From NCBI GenBank assembly GCA_038841535.1, contig JAWBTQ010000001.1:128001-192000 (forward strand): 64,000 nucleotides of DNA, given 5' to 3'. Source of the stretch: Sulfolobales archaeon (GTDB lineage: Archaea > Thermoproteota > Thermoprotei_A > Sulfolobales > NBVN01). The position numbers and the translations under genes were made by a program. Position 1 is the stretch's first letter; every line of letters starts with the position of its first letter. The notes beneath the pieces were generated by a model, which was not told the origin of the DNA, made no database searches, and saw only the letters and a program-made list of their open reading frames with translations. This document shows positions 1 through 12,393 of this stretch, piece by piece.

Positions 1-263
1 TACCTAGTGAAGGAGAACCCTCGAATGTGGTCGACAGAGTTCTTCGATACTGACAGCACTATAACTCCTATCTCAGGTATCTCTCTTTCTATCGACCCAA
101 ACTGCCCTAAGACGGCTTTAACCTTTCCTAGGTCGAACTCTTGATGCACACCTACTACCGCTCTGACCCTAGTGACGGGGGCAGCTTCACCGATAGTCGA
201 GAGTACGAACACGGCCACTAAGACGATTAAAACTAACACAATGATTCTCCCCACCGTACCCAC
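1..263 (-). CDS. Secreted subtilisin-like (S8) protease, N-terminal part only (signal peptide + propeptide); runs off the window edge
   Basis: Manual translation (not in the ORF track): MGTVGRIIVLVLIVLVAVFVLSTIGEAAPVTRVRAVVGVHQ...EREIPEIGVIVLSV...HIRGFSFTR. It parallels the propeptide of the S8 protease at 52104-53324 (VRVVVGV...EVPEIGAMVLEV...LPFVRY). Start is GTG at 263 or 254. Confidence 0.7.
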   Translation of the reverse strand, partial: MGTVGRIIVLVLIVLVAVFVLSTIGEAAPVTRVRAVVGVHQEFDLGKVKAVLGQFGSIEREIPEIGVIVLSVSKNSVDHIRGFSFTR

Positions 264-478
264 CAACTAATGAAGAGCTATCGTTCTATTACCACCTCAT
301 TACAGTCCTCAAGCTTGCTGCTACGGCTTCGCATTTTAGGGCTTAATTACTTTTTCTGGAGGCAGAATCTTAAACGATGAAATACGCTTATATATGCCCT
401 CATGTCCCCTACGACGTGTCCTCAGGAATCCGAGCGAACCTGTGTGGTGTTTAAGTGTACTAGAGCTACTAGCCTAGA

Positions 479-732
479 CCGTTTCCCGCCCTAGGTTTCT
501 GTAGGTTTTCCTAGGGTGGGTTGCGCCTCCTGCTCCACGCTTCACCGTGGCTACCAGCCACTCTACGCAGGTGTCATGGGCACCTTTCGAGCCCAACGGC
601 ACGGGGCTCACATCTAGCCCGATCCCTGGGTGGCTCGGATCACTACTCTCATCACCACCCAGACTCACCCAAACACCTACACAAACACAAACCCCACAAA
701 AACCCTTAAAAACTTAACGCATCAAAGCAGTT
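479..732 (-). mobile_element. Non-autonomous, internally deleted tnpB-type (IS200/IS605/IS607 superfamily) mini-element; probable omegaRNA scaffold
   Basis: Preceded by TTGAC on the minus strand (733-737). Contains a TATA box (TTTTTAAG) and a G/T-only leader. Encodes SPVPLGSKGAHD..EWLVATVKRGA, which resembles recalled crenarchaeal TnpB C-terminal tails. Has a GAAA-tetraloop hairpin and a subterminal inverted repeat at 485-520. No RuvC or Zn-finger coding sequence. Confidence 0.6.
705..715 (-). promoter_or_regulatory. Archaeal TATA box inside the mini-element left end
   Basis: AAGTTTTTAAG on the minus strand, about 40 nt upstream of the GTG at 668. Confidence 0.5.
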
Positions 733-746
733 GTCAACCCTGATAG

Positions 747-845
747 TGCGGGGGGTGGGATTTGAACCCACGCAGGCCTACGCCATCGGGGTTCCCACTC
801 TAGGTCCTGAGCCCGACCCCTTTGACCTGGCTCGGGCACCCCCGC
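747..845 (-). tRNA. tRNA-Leu(CAG) with 14-nt intron at 37/38 (792-805)
   Basis: Acceptor stem GCGGGGG/CCCCCGC, anticodon stem TCGGG/CCCGA, CT-CAG-G loop, long variable arm, TTCAAATC T-loop. Intron TGGG pairs with CTCA to give a bulge-helix-bulge. Confidence 0.95.
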
Positions 846-960
846 ACCATTAGATGTTAGTTAATGCGGGGTTATAAGTTTCTATTCGGTTGCTCGATGG
901 ATTGCGGTCTTTAACGAGAGTTATATAAATTAACGAAGGATTATAGTACCAGGGCTCTAA

Positions 961-2349
961 ATGAGCTCCAAGAGGCTTTTTGGAACCGATGGAGTTAGAG
1001 GAGTAGTGAATGTCGATCTAACTCCTGAAGTAGTTTTAAGGCTCGCGCTAGCTATTGGAACGTACTTCCGCCCTGGGTCGAGACTAGTTGTCGGTTCAGA
1101 TGTGAGAGCTGGTAACAGCTTTTTAACTAAGATAGTAATCGGTGGCTTAATTTCTACTGGAGTAAAAGTAGTTAACGCTGGTCTAGCACCTACACCAGCT
1201 CTTCAATTCTACGTGAAGTCTAGAGGATTCGATGGCGGTATAGTAGTTACAGCGTCCCACAACCCACCTGAGTACAGTGGCATAAAGGTAGTAATGCCCG
1301 ATGGAGTTGAGGCACCACGCAAGGTTGAGGAAGAACTTGAGGAGATATACTATGAAAACAGATTTAGGAGAGTGCCGTGGCGTGATGTCTCGGGCGATGT
1401 CACGAGAGTTTACGATGTAGTCGATCATTACTTGAATAACATAGTTGAGCTTGTCGATAAAGCGAGAATACGTGAGTCCGGCTTGAAAGTCGTTGTCGAC
1501 CCTGCTAACAACGTGGGGGCTCTAGCTACACCTAAGTTGTTGAGAACTCTAGGAGTTAGAGTAGTCGTTATAAACGGTGACTTAAGCTATACACCTTCTA
1601 GGAGTCCGGAGCCTGCTCCAGAGAACATCGAAGACCTTATTTCCGTAGTTAAGGCTGTCGGCGCTGATCTCGGTGTCGCCCACGATGGTGACGCAGATAG
1701 AGCCATATTCGTTGCTGATGGTGGCCTCTACATACCTGGAGACTTATCGGCATTACTACTATGTAAACACATAGTGGAAAACCGAAGAGAGGTCACGCCC
1801 CCTAGGGTAGTTACTGCGGTTTCTAGCTCTACACTAGTTAGTAAAGCACTATCGGCATACGGGATCGAGGTCGTCTGGACTAAGGTTGGGAGTATAGTCA
1901 TATCGAGAACTATGATGGAGCTTGGAGCTATAGCTGGCTTTGAAGAGAACGGAGGCTTTATGTACCCAAAGCACCAGTACGTGCGGGATGGAGCTATGAG
2001 CCTGGCTTTAATGGTGGAACTACTTAGCTACGAAAAAACCTCTCTATCGAGTTTACTCGAAACACTACCGAGGAGGCACGTGGTTAAGAAGAAGGTGTAC
2101 GTTAACAGGGAGTTATTGCCGAAGGTTTACGAAAAAATAAAAAGTAGGTTTAGTGAGGTAGAGTTTATTGATATAGACGGCCTCAAGGGTATCTCAAGTA
2201 GGTACTGGTTTTTAGTGAGACCAAGCGGTACTGAACCTTTAGTAAGAGTTTTTGTTGAAGCCGATGAAGAACTACTTGTCAACGAGATATTAAAAGAGTT
2301 ACTAGACATTTTTGTAGAGGTGTACGGAAGTGAGGTACGTGTTGCTTAA
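961..2349 (+). CDS. Alpha-D-phosphohexomutase (phosphoglucosamine/phosphomannomutase family)
   Basis: FGTDGVRG, TASHNP catalytic Ser, DGDADR metal loop, GFEENGG, RPSGTEP. Confidence 0.92.
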   Translation: MSSKRLFGTDGVRGVVNVDLTPEVVLRLALAIGTYFRPGSRLVVGSDVRAGNSFLTKIVIGGLISTGVKVVNAGLAPTPALQFYVKSRGFDGGIVVTASHNPPEYSGIKVVMPDGVEAPRKVEEELEEIYYENRFRRVPWRDVSGDVTRVYDVVDHYLNNIVELVDKARIRESGLKVVVDPANNVGALATPKLLRTLGVRVVVINGDLSYTPSRSPEPAPENIEDLISVVKAVGADLGVAHDGDADRAIFVADGGLYIPGDLSALLLCKHIVENRREVTPPRVVTAVSSSTLVSKALSAYGIEVVWTKVGSIVISRTMMELGAIAGFEENGGFMYPKHQYVRDGAMSLALMVELLSYEKTSLSSLLETLPRRHVVKKKVYVNRELLPKVYEKIKSRFSEVEFIDIDGLKGISSRYWFLVRPSGTEPLVRVFVEADEELLVNEILKELLDIFVEVYGSEVRVA

Positions 2350-2737
2350 TCTACTCGCTTGCCCTATGTGCAAGAGCTTCCCGCTAAAGTTACTAGTCTT
2401 TGAAGAGGGAGTTATAGATAAGAAGCTCAGTGTTAAAACTCCCTTCTGCGATCTCTACTGCGGGCTGAAGAGTTCTTACTTAAAAGACCTTAAAGTAGAG
2501 GAACTGAACTGCAGTGAGTGCGTTAAACACGATGTTCTCTGGGGTATACTTCACTGCTCTAACTGCGGGAGATGGTATCCCGTGATCGACGGGATACCCT
2601 TTATGTACCCAGACGACTTGAGGGCAAAGCCTAGGATTAAGAGTAAGGAAGAGCAATTTATTAGTAGGTATGCCGATAAGATACCTCTCGAAATAACCGA
2701 AAAAGATCCTCTGAAAATATTAAGGCCTAAAACCTAA
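2330..2737 (+). CDS. trm112: Trm112 family methyltransferase activator
   Basis: LLNLLACPMCK...LHCSNCGRWYPVIDGIPFM. Confidence 0.88.
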   Translation: MRYVLLNLLACPMCKSFPLKLLVFEEGVIDKKLSVKTPFCDLYCGLKSSYLKDLKVEELNCSECVKHDVLWGILHCSNCGRWYPVIDGIPFMYPDDLRAKPRIKSKEEQFISRYADKIPLEITEKDPLKILRPKT

Positions 2738-3158
2738 ACATAGCTGCTCTAGGAACTCCGTCCACGTAGATTACGCGTATCTTGGTAATTAGCTCAACAC
2801 CTCCTACAACCTCTAACTCTCTCCTCAGGGACTGTAGAGCAGTCAATTTGTTGTTCAAGTTCTCTACAGCAACCTCGAGAGCTGTTTGCTCCTGCTCTGC
2901 CGTAGGATTAAATATGAGTGTTAAGCCTCTGAGGGAGACGGTGTTAGTTACTACTTCAGATTTTACCCCCAGCTTCCCTAAGAGCTCCTTGATCTTCTTT
3001 TCTTGTTCAGCCTTTATTCTCAGCTCTTCGAGTTTCTTTAAAAGATCTCCCATCCTCCTCCTAAGCTCGGCAATATCTTCGTCTATATCCTTAATGAACT
3101 CTGCGACACTATTGAACTCTCTAATCTCTGTAGAGGCGAGGTCTTTATGTGAAGACAT
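2727..3158 (-). CDS. Hypothetical coiled-coil protein
   Basis: 143-aa ORF with two heptad-rich helices and a C-terminal beta hairpin; GGTG RBS upstream. Confidence 0.75.
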   Translation of the reverse strand: MSSHKDLASTEIREFNSVAEFIKDIDEDIAELRRRMGDLLKKLEELRIKAEQEKKIKELLGKLGVKSEVVTNTVSLRGLTLIFNPTAEQEQTALEVAVENLNNKLTALQSLRRELEVVGGVELITKIRVIYVDGVPRAAMFRF

Positions 3159-3390
3159 AGCTACACCGATATAAGATTAACCCTGAGTATTTATATACAC
3201 TAAATATTGAAGTACTAGGAATAAGACTATTTTCACTTGATTGCGGGACGTGGTCACTCTAGACCTAACTTAAGCTGATATCACCTTCTCGCCGTCATAA
3301 ACAGCTCTAATCCACAGTTAGAGTTAATAACGCATGTGCTAATCTCTCAATGACCTATCACATCGGCTCGCTATTACCGTGGTTTAAAAC

Positions 3391-3747
3391 CTATAAGAGC
3401 TTGAGTTTACCCGTAATTCTGTCCAATAGCTCGCTAGGAGCGGGTCCTAAACCAACAGCAGTTAGAGTTCCGGGGGGTAGCTCTGTGAGGCCTGCGTCGT
3501 GTATTATGGCTGTAGGTATTCCGACTTTTTGTGCTTCAATAGCATACTTTAAGAGCTCTACTTCAGATGAAACCTTTACTACTACTTTCTTCTGTCCTTC
3601 GGTTATCCACTCTTTAAACCAACCTGGGTTACTGCTCATTGCTTCTAGTGCCGCGGCTACCGATGCGTGTGCAACTTGAACTGCTAGCTTTCCCTTACTC
3701 ATCTTCAAGTCTGACCTAACTATAATGACTTGCTTCATTTTGCTCAC
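3391..3747 (-). CDS. pth2: Peptidyl-tRNA hydrolase Pth2
   Basis: KQVIIVRSDLKMSKGKLAVQVAHA, GQKKVVVKV, DAGLTE, GLGPA. Confidence 0.96.
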   Translation of the reverse strand: MSKMKQVIIVRSDLKMSKGKLAVQVAHASVAAALEAMSSNPGWFKEWITEGQKKVVVKVSSEVELLKYAIEAQKVGIPTAIIHDAGLTELPPGTLTAVGLGPAPSELLDRITGKLKLL

Positions 3748-4061
3748 TTACTCAGAGCTGCTATTAGTTTATCGACGATGTTTCTGCTGTAGTCAGCTAT
3801 ACACCTATTATGGCAATAGGGGTCTAGCACACCGTTTCTACTGCACTTCTCGCGGCATGCTGCTTCAAACGTGTATGTATCTACTTCAAGAATGAAGAAG
3901 CCAGGGTTTTGCGGGAGACTCCTAACTTTAACTAGAGACCTAAGGTCGCCAATGACCTTTACTATCTCTCTAATAGCCTCCTGTTTGCTTTTGTCGAATA
4001 TGTAGAAACCGTATCTTTTAAGAGCCTCAATAACTTCAGCTCTTACATCTTGAGAGTCCAT
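3744..4061 (-). CDS. Hypothetical protein with Cys cluster
   Basis: Overlaps the pth2 start; CREKC...CHNRC. Confidence 0.7.
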   Translation of the reverse strand: MDSQDVRAEVIEALKRYGFYIFDKSKQEAIREIVKVIGDLRSLVKVRSLPQNPGFFILEVDTYTFEAACREKCSRNGVLDPYCHNRCIADYSRNIVDKLIAALSK

Positions 4062-4518
4062 ACCTCTTCACCGGTAGTTTAAGTAAGTCTACAACGCACT
4101 TAATTATGCTGTAGGCTTGGCTCTGGTCTATATGGCACTCAATTAATCTTATCTTAAGCTTTCTGTAGACAGCTTTAAATACGACAGTACCCGCTGAGCT
4201 GTAGACAGTGACGTCTCCCCTAACTTTCCTTCTCGGATTCCTCCTCACGTCCAAGGCTACGAGGAAGGTCCCGGGAGGTATCTCAACGAGTGCGTCGTAG
4301 GCTTCACCCTTAGCATAAGTAGGTTTAACCCCGGCTTTATCTAATACCCGCGAGGTGACCTTTATACAGTCCTTACTAATAGTGAAGTAAGTAGAGATCC
4401 TCATGTGTAAGCCGCTTCTGCTAACGGACTTCTCGACTCTTACTTTAGTTTCCAACGCATCGAACCTCGAGGACGTTGCCTTTCTGCTCGAAACTAATAT
4501 TACCTGAAACCTTAACAA
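4036..4518 (-). CDS. Basic hypothetical protein (true start probably further downstream)
   Basis: Operon-like overlaps; Arg/Lys-rich, beta-rich ORF. Confidence 0.65.
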   Translation of the reverse strand: MLRFQVILVSSRKATSSRFDALETKVRVEKSVSRSGLHMRISTYFTISKDCIKVTSRVLDKAGVKPTYAKGEAYDALVEIPPGTFLVALDVRRNPRRKVRGDVTVYSSAGTVVFKAVYRKLKIRLIECHIDQSQAYSIIKCVVDLLKLPVKRYGLSRCKS

Positions 4519-4696
4519 CTATAGCTGCCTCAAATTCAGCAAAAGATATATCAGTTGAGCACTCGCTTGCGTACACTCTAACGTGCTTGATCGACTCTGC
4601 GAGTACTTCTCTTTTTAGCATACCTGTATCGTCAAACAGCCGTATTTCGGTGTTCCCCTCTTTACCCATATACAGCACTAACACACTTGAACTCAA
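4445..4696 (-). CDS. Small hypothetical protein
   Basis: 83-aa ORF heading the minus-strand run that ends at pth2. Confidence 0.55.
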   Translation of the reverse strand: MSSSVLVLYMGKEGNTEIRLFDDTGMLKREVLAESIKHVRVYASECSTDISFAEFEAAIVVKVSGNISFEQKGNVLEVRCVGN

Positions 4697-4793
4697 ACAG
4701 TTGCCCCTATCAATTCCTCAGTGCTGATTAAAGCTTTGAGTACAGATAAACTAGAGAAAGCTATTCTTTTACTGTGATTCACCAGCGATCGGA

Positions 4794-5243
4794 GTGATTC
4801 CCGTGGAATCATCCTACCTGTTAGTCTTCAAGATATGCGGCAGACTGAGAGTAGAAATAGCGAGAGATAGCTGGTTTTTAGATGATGGGTACTATGCGTA
4901 CTTAGGCTCAGCCCGCTTAATGAGGCCATACTCTAGAATTCTAAGACACTTCACCCCTGCTAAAAGGATTCGATGGCACATAGATCGGGTAACGTCGAGC
5001 TATAAAACTCGACCGATAGCTGGCATATTACTGTACGGTGTATCCGAAGATTCCCTCTACAATGCGGTCTTCAGCAGCAGAATGTTTGAAGCTACTATCC
5101 CAAAGTTTGGCTCGACTGACAGGAGAAACCACTTCACACATCTCTTTAAAATCTCTTACTTCAGAGTTCCGGACATCTTTAGAGAGATCGCGTCTATAGC
5201 TGAAAACCTAGGAACTTACCTAGTCGAGTTCATATTCACGTAG
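4794..5243 (+). CDS. GIY-YIG (Uri/DUF123) nuclease family protein
   Basis: SYLL...GYYAYLGSA...RILRH...RWHID, FGSTD..HL. Confidence 0.8.
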   Translation: MIPVESSYLLVFKICGRLRVEIARDSWFLDDGYYAYLGSARLMRPYSRILRHFTPAKRIRWHIDRVTSSYKTRPIAGILLYGVSEDSLYNAVFSSRMFEATIPKFGSTDRRNHFTHLFKISYFRVPDIFREIASIAENLGTYLVEFIFT

Positions 5244-5426
5244 TCATAATATCTTAAATAAGGTGTTAGGTATCGGTAGACTTATACTGCTCTCCGCTCG
5301 TTTGCGGAGGTCCTGGAGGACGATTGAAGTAGCCTCTATTTAGAGCTCTCCTTTAGGTCTTAGTTACAGATAAGCTTAAAAACCCTACTACGACTTAAGT
5401 ACGCAAAACAGACAGAGTTGGAACGT

Positions 5427-5870
5427 ATGTCGGAGGGTAAGTTAAAGGTATTGGAACTAAAACCGGGAATGGAAAAAGTATCCATTCTCGTAAGAGTAAT
5501 AGATCCAGGAGAAGTGAGGAGAATCACCACAAGAGCTGGAGAGAGAACGATTCGAGAAGCAACTGTTGGCGACGAGAGCGGTAGAGTGAAGCTGGTAATG
5601 TGGGGTAGGTCTATTAAGTCCTTAACTCGTGGAGACGTAGTTGAGGTTTCGGGAGCTTGGACTACAGTATTCAAGGGTAAGGTACAGCTTAATGTTGGTG
5701 GTTCTGAGAACGTTAAGGTCGTTGAAGACTCTGGCGAACTACCTTCAGCCGAAGATATCCCTGAAGAAGAGCCTAAAGCTGAAGGTGAAGTACCTAGGAG
5801 GCCTAGGCATAGAGGCTTTCAGCAGAGGAGGAGTAGGTTCGGTAGAAGTAGAGGCGATGAATTTGAGTGA
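5427..5870 (+). CDS. ssb: Crenarchaeal single-stranded DNA-binding protein (single OB fold)
   Basis: KVLELKPGME, VGDESGRVKLVMWG, AWTTVFKGKVQLNVG; Arg/Gly-rich then acidic tail. Confidence 0.93.
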   Translation: MSEGKLKVLELKPGMEKVSILVRVIDPGEVRRITTRAGERTIREATVGDESGRVKLVMWGRSIKSLTRGDVVEVSGAWTTVFKGKVQLNVGGSENVKVVEDSGELPSAEDIPEEEPKAEGEVPRRPRHRGFQQRRSRFGRSRGDEFE

Positions 5871-6201
5871 AGAGCATGAAGCTCCAAAACAGTCAGACTA
5901 TATATCACTATATGATAGCATCGTAGACAGAAAACCCGTAAAGCAGGGTGCTGATGTGGGACTAAGTGGCGAGGAGTATATAGTAAGCCTAGGAGAGGAC
6001 AAAGTCTTTGCTCTAGCTCCAGCAGCTTACTATATATGGAACCTCTGCGATGGATTGAGGTCCGTTGGAGACATACTAGAGAAGGTAAAGTCAGACCTAA
6101 AGGAAAGCGGTGAAGAGGGGCTAGAGGAAGTAGAACTTAAGCAAATACTCGCCATGGTTCTCTCCGAATTAAATAGTGTAGGCTTAATCAGTTGGACGTA
6201 G
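5857..6201 (+). CDS. PqqD/RRE-family small protein
   Basis: VFALAPAAYYIWNLCDGLRSVGDIL...LSELNSVGLI PqqD pattern. The real start overlaps the ssb stop; the ORF-track start at 5641 is too long. Confidence 0.75.
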   Translation: MNLSEEHEAPKQSDYISLYDSIVDRKPVKQGADVGLSGEEYIVSLGEDKVFALAPAAYYIWNLCDGLRSVGDILEKVKSDLKESGEEGLEEVELKQILAMVLSELNSVGLISWT

Positions 6202-6248
6202 CAAGCAAGATATACTACTTGCTCTAATAGGCTTCTCAATAACGTTTT

Positions 6249-7730
6249 TTAGTCGAACTCTCTTGGCTTAATCATGGGGAAGGGCACTACTTCCTTAATA
6301 GAGTTTACTCCAGTATATACCATCACTAGTCTATCTATACCCAGACCCAGGCCTCCTGTTGGGGGCATTCCGTGCTCTAAGGCTTCTACGAAATCCCAGT
6401 CGAAGGGGTGCGCCTCGAGGTCTCCGAGGCTTCTTCTAACTTCTTCTTCCTTAAAGTAAGACGCCTGTAGCTCCGGATCATTTAGCTCTGTATAAGCATT
6501 TGCTAGCTCCATCCCCCCTATGTATAGCTCAAATCTCTCAGCAAGGTCTTGTCTGTTCCTGTGGGGTTTTGCTAGAGGTGACGACGACCTCGGGAAATCG
6601 GTAACGAACGTTGGCTGTACCAGGTGCTCTCTGCCGACGACGCGGTCGAATAGCTTCACTATAGCTCGTCCTCTATCGTATCCTCCGGTAAGCCTGATCG
6701 AGTACTTCTCTAAATATTCCTTTATTTTTTCGTCAGGTAGTGCCTCTACGTCTACTCCAGTGAACTCTCTAAAAGCATCGTAGATAGTGACTCTCTTAAA
6801 GGGTGGTGAGAGGCTTACCTTAACTAGGTCCTTACCGACAGGATACTCGACTACGTCAGTTCCTAGAACCTTCCTAGCTACAGTAGATACTAACTCCTCA
6901 GTTAGCCTCATGATGTCGTTGTAGTCTGCGTAAGCCTCGTAAGACTCCATCATAGTAAACTCTGGGTTATGCTCGACATCTATGTCTTCGTTTCTAAAGT
7001 TCTTCCCTATCTCGAAGACTTTGTTGAATCCTGCGACAATAAACCTCTTCAGGTATAGCTCGAGACTAATCCTCAAATACCACTCAGTTTCTAGAGCCCA
7101 CACGTAGGTCTTGAAAGGTCTTGCTGCGGCACCACCATATATTGGCTGAAGAATGGGGGTCTCTACCTCTATGTACCCCTTGCTCCACATGAACTTCCTT
7201 ATCTCTTCGATTGTCTTAAAGCGTATCTCGAAGATCCTCCTAACCTGTGGACTCATCATGATATCCAGGTATCTCTTCCTATACCTAACCTCCGGGTCGA
7301 GGACTCTATGGCCCCACTTAACTGGTGGGCTTCTCAAAGCCTTCGCAAGTAACTGCATCTCTCTAACACCTATCGTTAGCTCACCCTTCTTAGTATAGTA
7401 CAGCAAGCCAGTAACGTAAACAAAATCCCCTAAGTTAATGAACTTATCAAAGAACTCGAAGACCTCCTGGCCAGAGTCTCCCCTAGATATAGAGCACTGT
7501 ATTCTATGACCATCGTCTACTAAGTCGAAGAATATCAAACCACCGTGTCTTCTAATCCCAACAACTCTACCAGCTACTCCAACATTGCTACCGAGAGTCG
7601 GTGACTTAACTATGTCTCGCACTGGGGTAGCTCTGCCCTTAAGGGCGTGAGGATATGGGTTTAGACCTAGCTCAATCAACTTTCTCCTAATATCTCTTCT
7701 AGCATCTACTTCACTACTCACTGCGACCAC
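6249..7730 (-). CDS. lysS: Lysyl-tRNA synthetase, class II
   Basis: N-terminal OB anticodon domain, YGGAAARPF, FRNEDIDVEHNPEF (motif 2), GMPPTGGLGLGIDRL (motif 3). Confidence 0.97.
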   Translation of the reverse strand: MVAVSSEVDARRDIRRKLIELGLNPYPHALKGRATPVRDIVKSPTLGSNVGVAGRVVGIRRHGGLIFFDLVDDGHRIQCSISRGDSGQEVFEFFDKFINLGDFVYVTGLLYYTKKGELTIGVREMQLLAKALRSPPVKWGHRVLDPEVRYRKRYLDIMMSPQVRRIFEIRFKTIEEIRKFMWSKGYIEVETPILQPIYGGAAARPFKTYVWALETEWYLRISLELYLKRFIVAGFNKVFEIGKNFRNEDIDVEHNPEFTMMESYEAYADYNDIMRLTEELVSTVARKVLGTDVVEYPVGKDLVKVSLSPPFKRVTIYDAFREFTGVDVEALPDEKIKEYLEKYSIRLTGGYDRGRAIVKLFDRVVGREHLVQPTFVTDFPRSSSPLAKPHRNRQDLAERFELYIGGMELANAYTELNDPELQASYFKEEEVRRSLGDLEAHPFDWDFVEALEHGMPPTGGLGLGIDRLVMVYTGVNSIKEVVPFPMIKPREFD

Positions 7731-8102
7731 CTGAGTTCCTACTACTGCTTAATTTGCACATCAATTTTATGTAAACTGATGCTATTTTATTGCTTCCATA
7801 GCTTCCAATCTTCTTACATCTCCACTATGGTATACCCCCCTACGTAACGGCCTCAACCACATGGCTTACAGTAGCTATCAGCCACCCTAAGTGAAGTTCA
7901 TGAACGCACCTTTAACTTAATGGCTTTGGGTCCACACTTGCTCGAAGGACCGGCTTAGAGCACCTGATGGAGATCGGCTAACTTTGATTAATCAAACAGC
8001 CGCTGGCTTTAGTGGTGGAATCTGTATGCCACCGGAATCGGTTCACAGAGTTTTCGGCATGTTTATTAAGATGGTCACTAGAATAGATCTCACGGTAGCA
8101 GT

Positions 8103-8477
8103 ATGAGCAGTGAGGAGGAAAAGAAAAAGAGAGTGGAAGGTTTGAGCGATGTCGAAGAGCTGAGAGAAGTACTTAGAGCCATCTCGGAGTTTCTAGCTGA
8201 GATCAGGGAACCTCTGGAAAACCTCATTAAGACCGTTACCGACGCTGGTAGTGGTGAAAAGTTAGCTAAAGAGGTAGCTACTTTCTATAAATCGCTCATT
8301 GAGAGTGGGATCGACCAGCAGACAGCTAAAGAATGGGCTGAGAAGTTCTTTGTCCAGAGACTAGAATCCATCCCAAGCCTCGCCTTCTTAAAAGAGATAT
8401 TCAGAGAATGGGGTTCTAGAGAATCATCGAAGGCCGAACAGGTAGCTGAGGAGGAGTCTCGGCAAGAGAGCGAGTGA
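8103..8477 (+). CDS. Hypothetical helical protein
   Basis: 124-aa acidic ORF, first of a three-gene run. Confidence 0.75.
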   Translation: MSSEEEKKKRVEGLSDVEELREVLRAISEFLAEIREPLENLIKTVTDAGSGEKLAKEVATFYKSLIESGIDQQTAKEWAEKFFVQRLESIPSLAFLKEIFREWGSRESSKAEQVAEEESRQESE

Positions 8478-8525
8478 GAAGCTTATAGTAGAGTCCGGGA
8501 GAGCTAGCTACTTGGGAAGATAGTT

Positions 8526-8946
8526 TTGAGCTCAGACGAGCTACTAGAGAGGATTGAGAAGCTTCTGTTGAGAGTGCTGGAAAAACTGGAGAAGCTCGAG
8601 GATCTATTATCTACTGCTACTGTAGACCCGGCTCAAACAGTAGCTTTAGAAGTAGCTATGTTCTCGATGCTTCCGGCACATAAAGCTGTGAAAGTAGTTA
8701 GAGATACCGTCGCGATATTACGCAAAGCTAAGATGAGTGACCCTATAACGAGAGCTATAGTGGAGGTTCTCTTAACTCACGGTGAGGGAGTTACCATCTC
8801 AGACCTCACTAGGAAAGTTAGAGAACTACGTGGTACCGCTTCAAGGAGGATCGTATCGGAAAGGCTGAAGTCTCTGGAGAACAGAGGGGTGGTAGTAATG
8901 AAGAGAACTGGGAAAACTGTTAAAGTATACCTTAAGAACGAGGTGG

Positions 8947-8969
<23 letters not shown>
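8526..8969 (+). CDS. Winged-helix DNA-binding protein with N-terminal coiled coil
   Basis: TISDLTRKVRELRGTASRRIVSERLKSLENRGVV..G wHTH pattern. Confidence 0.75.
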
Positions 8970-12084
<3,115 letters not shown>

Positions 12085-12087
12085 GAC

Positions 12088-12390
12088 CTAATCAGCAGAT
12101 CTTGCTTCTGCTGCTATTGCTTCATCGAATACTATTTCAGCGACTACTCGATGCCCTTTCGAATGGTTCTCGAGTTCTGACCTATCGACTATGGTTGCTC
12201 CACACGTTATACAGTAGACTCCGCCCTTCTTATTCAGGGCACTCAGTAGTTCGTCTAGAGAGACCTTCTTGAACTTCTCACAAGTTCCATGCTCGTGGAC
12301 GCACGTCTCGCTGGCGCCGCAGTAACCTATGTATGGAAAGAATATGTGTGGCTGAAAGTGAATGCAGTTTCTACATCTTTCCTCTGTCAC
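12088..12390 (-). CDS. Cys/His-rich putative metal-binding protein
   Basis: CRNC...C...C...C and CITC...H..H motifs; tightly coupled between ferredoxin and korA. Confidence 0.7.
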   Translation of the reverse strand: MTEERCRNCIHFQPHIFFPYIGYCGASETCVHEHGTCEKFKKVSLDELLSALNKKGGVYCITCGATIVDRSELENHSKGHRVVAEIVFDEAIAAEARSAD

Positions 12391-12393
12391 AGA

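Noticed and set aside
474-709. ORFs 474-668 (-) and 521-709 (+) as real proteins
   Set aside because: Both lie within the tnpB-derived mini-element; the His/Lys/Pro tail of the + ORF just reflects the A/C-only tract
2727-3158. Possible arcadin/Cdv-type cytoskeletal protein
   Set aside because: Only generic coiled-coil resemblance and no crenactin or cdv neighbours; needs an HMM search
5641-5856. N-terminal extension of the PqqD-like ORF
   Set aside because: Overlaps ssb out of frame; the RBS and start near 5857-5863 are more plausible
7990-8035. GCCGCTGGCTTTAGTGGTGG hairpin as an IS605 end
   Set aside because: Too short and degenerate, with no associated transposon remnant
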